From the NCBI GenBank assembly GCA_942493105.1, contig OW818668.1:1380001-1412000 (forward strand): a stretch of 32,000 bases of DNA, given 5' to 3'. Shown here in pieces: positions 27,307 to 32,000 of this stretch. Numbering within the stretch: position 1 is the stretch's first letter; each line of letters begins with the position of its first letter. The position numbers and the translations under genes are program-made. Below the pieces are notes generated by a model, which was not told the origin of the DNA, made no database searches, and saw only the letters and a program-made list of their open reading frames with translations. The stretch comes from an uncultured Erysipelotrichaceae bacterium (GTDB lineage: Bacteria; Bacillota_I; Bacilli_A; Erysipelotrichales; Erysipelotrichaceae).

Positions 27307-28187
27307 ACACCATCAAAGCTTTGACCATCAGAAACTTAAAACTCTTTTTTAGAGATAAAGCCTTGGTATTTTTTAGTTTTCTATCCGTTATGATCATTTT
27401 AGGACTCTATGTATTATTTCTAGGGGATATTAATATTGCCAACATCAAATCCATTATTGGTCAAGATTTACCTGGGATCGATGCATTGGTATATGGTTGG
27501 ATGTTGCCTGGGGTCATCGCGATCTCAACGGTGACTTTATCGTTAGGAAATATGGGACGCTTGGTTGATGATGCACGAGATGAAAGTCTCTATGATTTCA
27601 TGGTGTCACCGATGTCTAGAGCGCAATTGATCATCTCTTATGTTTTATCAACGATCTTGATTTCAGCCCTGATCTCTGGATTGATGTTTGTAGCGAGTAT
27701 TTTTATCGTGAAGTTTAAAGGTGGAGCTTACTTAACCCTCGATCAGATCGTAAGTGCTTTAGGCATCATCTTACTTTTGATCGTCTCATCCAGTCTCATG
27801 AGTTTATTGATTGCTTCGTTTGTGCAATCTCCCAATACCTATGGGGTCGTGAATTCTATAGGTGGGACCTTCATCGGGTTTGTGACCGGCTGTTATATGC
27901 CAATGGGCATTATGCCTGTGGTCATCCAAAACATCTTTAATAGCCTACCAGTATCTCAAGGTGCCAGTATCTTACGTCAGATCTTTCTAAGAGACATCAT
28001 CAAAGATGTGTTTATGGGAGCTCCTGAAAATGTTGTTGCAGATTATCGTTATTTCCAAGGCATTGATCTTAAGATCTTGGGTCACATCTTGACGCTAAAT
28101 GAAATGATCATCAGTATATTAGTTGGGATCATCCTATTATTTTTATTGTCCGTTTTACGTTTCAGAAATTTAACCAAGAAAGTATAA
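27303..28187 (+). CDS. ABC-2 type transporter permease
   Basis: 294 aa, about 6 TM; N-terminus LTIRNLKLFFRDKALVFFSFL is typical of ABC-2 permeases. ATGA overlap with the ATPase gene. Confidence 0.8.
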   Translation: MNTIKALTIRNLKLFFRDKALVFFSFLSVMIILGLYVLFLGDINIANIKSIIGQDLPGIDALVYGWMLPGVIAISTVTLSLGNMGRLVDDARDESLYDFMVSPMSRAQLIISYVLSTILISALISGLMFVASIFIVKFKGGAYLTLDQIVSALGIILLLIVSSSLMSLLIASFVQSPNTYGVVNSIGGTFIGFVTGCYMPMGIMPVVIQNIFNSLPVSQGASILRQIFLRDIIKDVFMGAPENVVADYRYFQGIDLKILGHILTLNEMIISILVGIILLFLLSVLRFRNLTKKV

Positions 28188-28208
28188 AAAAAGCCGTTAG
28201 GCTTTTTT
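28187..28208. terminator. Probable bidirectional terminator shared by convergent operons
   Basis: AAAAAAGCC-gtta-GGCTTTTTT: an A/T-extended hairpin with a short GC core. It overlaps the stop codons of both the ABC-2 permease (28185..28187) and the minus-strand 131-aa gene (28197..28199). Confidence 0.5.
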
Positions 28209-28592
28209 ACGATTGAAGGGAAGACAAACGAACACAAAGGCAAGGATACTCAAGCCATAGGCAACTTGTGCGATGATCAGGAAGTAAGGGACGTAAGCAG
28301 ATGATCCACCCGCAATATCCACCACACCTTTCAGCACCAAGCCAAGGACTTGCCAAGCGGATGCGGTATTAAACAAATTTACGAAGAGCCGATAATAGGC
28401 TCTTTTTTCAAACTTGGGGAAAAATAAAAGTAAGAAAGCATAAACCCCAGCAGAGAGTAAGAACCAGATAAATGCAAACTGCATGTCTTTTGAGCTGACT
28501 CCATGGGAAAACAAATGATAGACAAAACTAAATAGAATCATGAAACCAGTTAAGATAAGATAAACAAGTGTATTTTTAGCCAACGATTTCAT
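28197..28592 (-). CDS. Hypothetical 4-TM membrane protein, family not recognised
   Basis: 131 aa with four clear hydrophobic helices. ATGA-coupled to the upstream phosphodiester glycosidase gene. No motif I can assign. Confidence 0.55.
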   Translation of the reverse strand: MKSLAKNTLVYLILTGFMILFSFVYHLFSHGVSSKDMQFAFIWFLLSAGVYAFLLLFFPKFEKRAYYRLFVNLFNTASAWQVLGLVLKGVVDIAGGSSAYVPYFLIIAQVAYGLSILAFVFVCLPFNRKKA

Positions 28593-29533
28593 TCTTGATT
28601 TCCTAAGATATAGACAATATCACTGACACCTCGTTCATAGACACCTTGACCATCATAAGTTGGTTTATTGATGACTTTTCCATTGAACCAGATGGTGGCT
28701 GATCCACCGCCATCTAGATTATAGGCAATTCTTGCGCCTTTATCTTTGAATATTTGAGCCAATTGTGTTAAGGTCAAGCCTTTAGATAAGGCACTTCTTC
28801 CATCAGCGACAATGAACATATAATGTAAAGGACCGATTTGAGCAATTCCAACTCTTGGATTTTTTGAAGATGAGACCCAGTTTTGACTGTTGATGTCTGA
28901 ACTTGCGATCTCGCCATTTTCAACCAAGACAGGTCCAAAGGACCAAGCTTGCAGTATGCCACGATCAACCAATGCATCACCGCTTTCACTGCCTTCTTCA
29001 AAGATTTCAAAATTGCCTTTATTGTCGATCAATAGTGCCCGTGTGTCTGCTCCTGTACGTGGAACATCACGATATAAGACCCCATTACGAATGACGATGC
29101 CAACAGAGCGATATCCATAATAATCACCATTGATCGCTAAAGTGGCATTGTGACTTTCAGCGATATCGGAGGTGTATTGTTTGATGTTTCGTCCGTAAGT
29201 ATCCTTCGCAAAAGCACTTCTTAAGTATTGCGGGCTACTGAGTTGAATATCAGCGATATATACAGTTGCACCTTCATAAGAAATGATATCGATGGTAATG
29301 GACTTATATAGGGTCGTGGTGGTGGCAGATTCTGTATAAGAAGTGTCTGTTGCATCGACTTCTTTGGTAACATCTGTGTTTGTCGTATCATCGCAAATGA
29401 TCGGTTTTTCATCAATAACGATCGCAGATGAACTTAAGACGAAAGCATCCAGAAGAACAAAAGCAGTACAGGTCGTTAAAAAGACGGACATGGCGACAGC
29501 ATATAGTAACGGGATCTTAATCAGTTTTTTCAT
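28589..29533 (-). CDS. Membrane-anchored phosphodiester glycosidase family protein (NAGPA/DUF2233 domain)
   Basis: N-terminal TM anchor, then AINGDYYGYR, VIRNGVLY, LLIDNKGNFEI, WSFGPVLVENGE, PRVGIAQIGPLHYMFIVADGR and YNLDGGGSATIWFNGKVINKP, the characteristic NAGPA-domain blocks. Confidence 0.8.
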   Translation of the reverse strand: MKKLIKIPLLYAVAMSVFLTTCTAFVLLDAFVLSSSAIVIDEKPIICDDTTNTDVTKEVDATDTSYTESATTTTLYKSITIDIISYEGATVYIADIQLSSPQYLRSAFAKDTYGRNIKQYTSDIAESHNATLAINGDYYGYRSVGIVIRNGVLYRDVPRTGADTRALLIDNKGNFEIFEEGSESGDALVDRGILQAWSFGPVLVENGEIASSDINSQNWVSSSKNPRVGIAQIGPLHYMFIVADGRSALSKGLTLTQLAQIFKDKGARIAYNLDGGGSATIWFNGKVINKPTYDGQGVYERGVSDIVYILGNQE

Positions 29534-30573
29534 ACAGATTCCTTTCTGAATATGAATAGTTTTTGAATTTGATAGGAAAGTAAAAAGAGCAGGCCATCGA
29601 CGATGATTTTGATTCCAACAACATTACTGCCAAAGCTTGCATATGCTGTCTTTACTAAAAAGTAGGAGGCCAACATTTGAAACAACGCTAAACTATAATA
29701 TTTCCACATATGGGAAACCCATTGTTGACGACTTTTGAATACGACGGTCTTATTTAATAAGAAATTGAAGTTGACACTGATGATCCTTGCGATGATCGTG
29801 GCATAGAGAATATTATCGATACCGCTTAAGGTATAAACCAAAAGTGTAAATACGGAAAGATCTAAGAAAGTTGAAAGCAATGAAATCAATGAGAAGGTCA
29901 ATATTTGTCGATAGATTCGAATTGAATCTAATAAAGGATTAAAATGAGAACCAGAATTATCATCGATATAAATCGTTTCGATGAGTACTTCTTCAATCGG
30001 AATGCCCAGTTTACCACAGTACAGCAACATGTTCATTTCATATTCGTAGCGGTCACCTTTGACTTTGACGAATTTATCAAGCGTAATTTTACTAAAGGCA
30101 CGAAGTCCGGTTTGCGTATCCTTGATTTTCTGACCAATCAAATAACTGGTGATCAATCGGGTTATTTTATTGCCCAACATACTTTTTAATGGGACTTGTC
30201 GTTCATTGAAACTCCGGCTACCTAAAACTAATGCGTTTGGATGTTGCTGAGCAGCTTCAAGGACTCTTACAATGTCTTTGGTTTGATGCTGACCATCCGC
30301 ATCGACAGTAACAAAGACATCAATATCACTTTGTGTTTGACAATACTCCATAGCTGTTTTTAATGCTCTGCCTTTTCCTTGATTGACCTTGTGAGTCAAA
30401 ACAACCACGTGGTTTTGTTGGGATGCCAAATCAAAAAACTCGTCACAAGTGGCTTTACTGCCATCATTGATGACGATGATCAAATCTGCTGCTGAAACTA
30501 AATTAAGTTCATCAATCAGTTTGTTTAAACGGAAATCGGGTTGATATGCTGGAATCAATATTGCTTTTTTCAT
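29530..30573 (-). CDS. Bifunctional glycosyltransferase family 2 / GtrA-like membrane domain fusion protein
   Basis: N-terminal GT2 (ILIPAYQP, VINDGS, VTVDADGQH, DTQTGLRAF). The C-terminal ~120 aa has 4 TM helices and the GtrA-like segment ARIISVNFNFLLNKTVVFKS. Confidence 0.85.
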   Translation of the reverse strand: MKKAILIPAYQPDFRLNKLIDELNLVSAADLIIVINDGSKATCDEFFDLASQQNHVVVLTHKVNQGKGRALKTAMEYCQTQSDIDVFVTVDADGQHQTKDIVRVLEAAQQHPNALVLGSRSFNERQVPLKSMLGNKITRLITSYLIGQKIKDTQTGLRAFSKITLDKFVKVKGDRYEYEMNMLLYCGKLGIPIEEVLIETIYIDDNSGSHFNPLLDSIRIYRQILTFSLISLLSTFLDLSVFTLLVYTLSGIDNILYATIIARIISVNFNFLLNKTVVFKSRQQWVSHMWKYYSLALFQMLASYFLVKTAYASFGSNVVGIKIIVDGLLFLLSYQIQKLFIFRKESV

Positions 30574-30584
30574 AGGACATAGAT

Positions 30585-30590
30585 ATTATA
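30585..30590 (-). promoter_or_regulatory. Candidate -10 (TATAAT) 11 nt upstream of the GT2-GtrA ATG, no SD
   Basis: Minus strand reads TATAAT-atctatgtcct-ATG (ATG = 30573..30571). Confidence 0.4.
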
Positions 30591-30640
30591 CTGTATTAAA
30601 ATGAGACAGACATTAAAAAGTTATAAAAGCATTGCAATCA

Positions 30641-30649
30641 TGGTAAAAT
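30641..30649 (+). promoter_or_regulatory. Candidate extended -10 (TGgTAAAAT) 11 nt upstream of the LTD-protein ATG, no SD
   Basis: TGGTAAAAT at 30641..30649, then aatatggtact, then ATG at 30661. Confidence 0.4.
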
Positions 30650-30660
30650 AATATGGTACT

Positions 30661-32000
30661 ATGTTGAAAATTTCTAGACAGCATTTCATTCGCAATGGCG
30701 TCATTATGTTAACGATCACCGCACTTATATGCGGGGCTTTGTTGTTAAGCTTGATGTCTGAAAGTATAAAAGTCGTTAATCAAGATCCTGATGTGATCGA
30801 ACCTGATGGAACCAGTGCCCTTCATGCTTTGGTGATCCATGAAATCATGAGCTCTAATAAGGGCGCCGTAGCAGATCCCCAAGGCAATACCTATGATTGG
30901 ATCGAATTGTATAACGGAACCAGCCGAGACATCGACTTAAGTAATTATGGATTAAGTGATACTAAAAATGAAACCAAGTGGATCTTTCCTAAGACCATTA
31001 TCAAAGCAAAGACCTTTTTAGTCATCTATTTGACCAATAAAACAATGCCTGGATTATATGCTAATTTTGGCTTAAAAAGTGAAGGCGGCGAGACTGTCGT
31101 TTTAAGGGATTCAGGAGGTATGATCGTTGATCAAGTGGATGTCCCAGCTTTAGGTGCCAATTGGGTCTTGGCTAGAAACAATAGTGGATCATGGGTTATT
31201 TATGATCAGGCTACTCCTGGATTTTCAAACACAGCTTTAGGATTTGATGCTTATATCGCATCGATCACCAAAGAAAAAGGGGCTGTCTTGATCAGTGAAG
31301 TGTTCCCTAGGAATGCTGGCAACTTTAAATCGGATTTGGCAGGATTACCTGGATATATTGAAATTACCAATACTGGAACTTTATCAGTCAATCTAGAAAA
31401 CTATTCGATTGGAGATGAATTTACTTCACCCTTTCAATGGGGCTTTCCTTCAATCAGTTTGGAAGCAGGTCAATCGATTGTTGTCTATACTTCAAATTTA
31501 AATCGAAAAGAAGGGGAACTGCATGCGGATTTCAGTTTGAATGCGCAAAATGGTTCAGTTTTCTTAAGCGATGGGACAGGTCATATCATTGATCGTGTGG
31601 ACTATAAAATGTTGCCTAATGGTTATGCTTTACAGAGAAATAACGGCGTTTATGAAGTGTCGGCTGCCCTAAGCCCAGGTTATCCAAATACGATCAGTGG
31701 GATTACCGCTTATCAAAAGACACTAAAGACACCCAGCGGTTTGATCCTTAATGAGATCATGACCAACAACAATACACTTCTAAAACACAATGGAGCCAAT
31801 GCCTACAATTGGGTCGAATTAAAAAATAATACCAATACCACCATCGACTTAAGCGAATATACGATTTCTGAATCTTTCAATGTGCTCAATGCGGTTTCAT
31901 TGCCTAAAGTATTGCTTGAACCAGGAGCTTATATCATATTAATGGGTTCTGGAGATGCCTCATTAAGCACAAGTATTTATCATCATATCGACTTAAAGAT
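30661..32000 (+). CDS. Membrane-anchored protein with three tandem lamin-tail-domain (LTD) repeats, 5' part only (probably the N-terminus of a CotH-family protein)
   Basis: Absent from the ORF track (open at the right edge). My translation from ATG 30661 is open to 32000: MLKISRQHFIRNGVIMLTITALICGALLLSL (TM anchor), then three LTD-like units starting at about 30829 (LVIHEIMSSN..YDWIELYNGTSRDIDLSNYGLSD), 31285 (VLISEVFPRN..GYIEITNTGTLSVNLENYSIGD) and 31741 (LILNEIMTNN..YNWVELKNNTNTTIDLSEYTISE). Confidence 0.75.
   Translation, partial: MLKISRQHFIRNGVIMLTITALICGALLLSLMSESIKVVNQDPDVIEPDGTSALHALVIHEIMSSNKGAVADPQGNTYDWIELYNGTSRDIDLSNYGLSDTKNETKWIFPKTIIKAKTFLVIYLTNKTMPGLYANFGLKSEGGETVVLRDSGGMIVDQVDVPALGANWVLARNNSGSWVIYDQATPGFSNTALGFDAYIASITKEKGAVLISEVFPRNAGNFKSDLAGLPGYIEITNTGTLSVNLENYSIGDEFTSPFQWGFPSISLEAGQSIVVYTSNLNRKEGELHADFSLNAQNGSVFLSDGTGHIIDRVDYKMLPNGYALQRNNGVYEVSAALSPGYPNTISGITAYQKTLKTPSGLILNEIMTNNNTLLKHNGANAYNWVELKNNTNTTIDLSEYTISESFNVLNAVSLPKVLLEPGAYIILMGSGDASLSTSIYHHIDLK

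Noticed and set aside
24813-32000. Integrated mobile element or prophage at the tRNA-Arg
   Set aside because: I saw no integrase, recombinase, transposase or phage genes. I also saw no direct repeat of the tRNA 3' end (TTCGAGTCCCTCTGAGGAC) downstream in the window. The observation is kept only as a weak 'variable locus' finding.
30829-32000. Tandem DNA repeat in the LTD gene
   Set aside because: The three units are similar only at the protein-motif level (IxEIM, W[IV]EL.N, DLS.Y). The nucleotide sequences are diverged, so this is domain repetition and not a DNA tandem repeat or phase-variation tract.

Overview
Low-GC, gene-dense bacterial chromosome read with the standard code (TGA is a stop, and many adjacent genes share 4-nt ATGA stop/start overlaps). 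Gene content and synteny (ktrBA, lspA-rluD, rnhC / cvpA-mutS2-uvrC-murI) fit a low-GC Gram-positive (Bacillota-type) organism; I cannot name the taxon from sequence alone. About 1-24.8 kb is housekeeping: an OsmC-like protein plus KtrB/KtrA K+ uptake; an arginase-like/glpK/cutC operon; a transglutaminase-like lipoprotein; an ArsB/NhaD-type permease; a NusG-II/Gx-transporter/heterodimeric ABC exporter operon; a dimeric-type dUTPase; an M42 peptidase; lspA-rluD-rhomboid-dCMP deaminase; RNase HIII; CvpA-MutS2-UvrC-MurI-YfcE-type phosphoesterase. A tRNA-Arg(UCU) with a near-consensus promoter and a terminator sits at 24.8 kb. To its right the content looks more accessory: an orphan double-SIS sugar-phosphate isomerase-like gene, an ABC-2 exporter, and the most interesting locus. 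That locus is a GT2-GtrA fusion / phosphodiester glycosidase / unknown 4-TM protein operon, divergent from a membrane-anchored protein that opens with three lamin-tail-domain repeats and runs off the right edge (probably CotH-like). I saw no CRISPR array, IS element, integrase, rRNA or recognisable riboswitch. The recurring sequence-level pattern is that many operon-leading genes have no Shine-Dalgarno and carry a TAnnnT (often TGn-extended) -10 box only 6-11 nt upstream of the ATG, which suggests widespread leaderless or near-leaderless mRNAs. One divergent promoter pair is built from a mirrored 16/17-bp repeat. All functional calls come from motif recognition by eye, not database searches.
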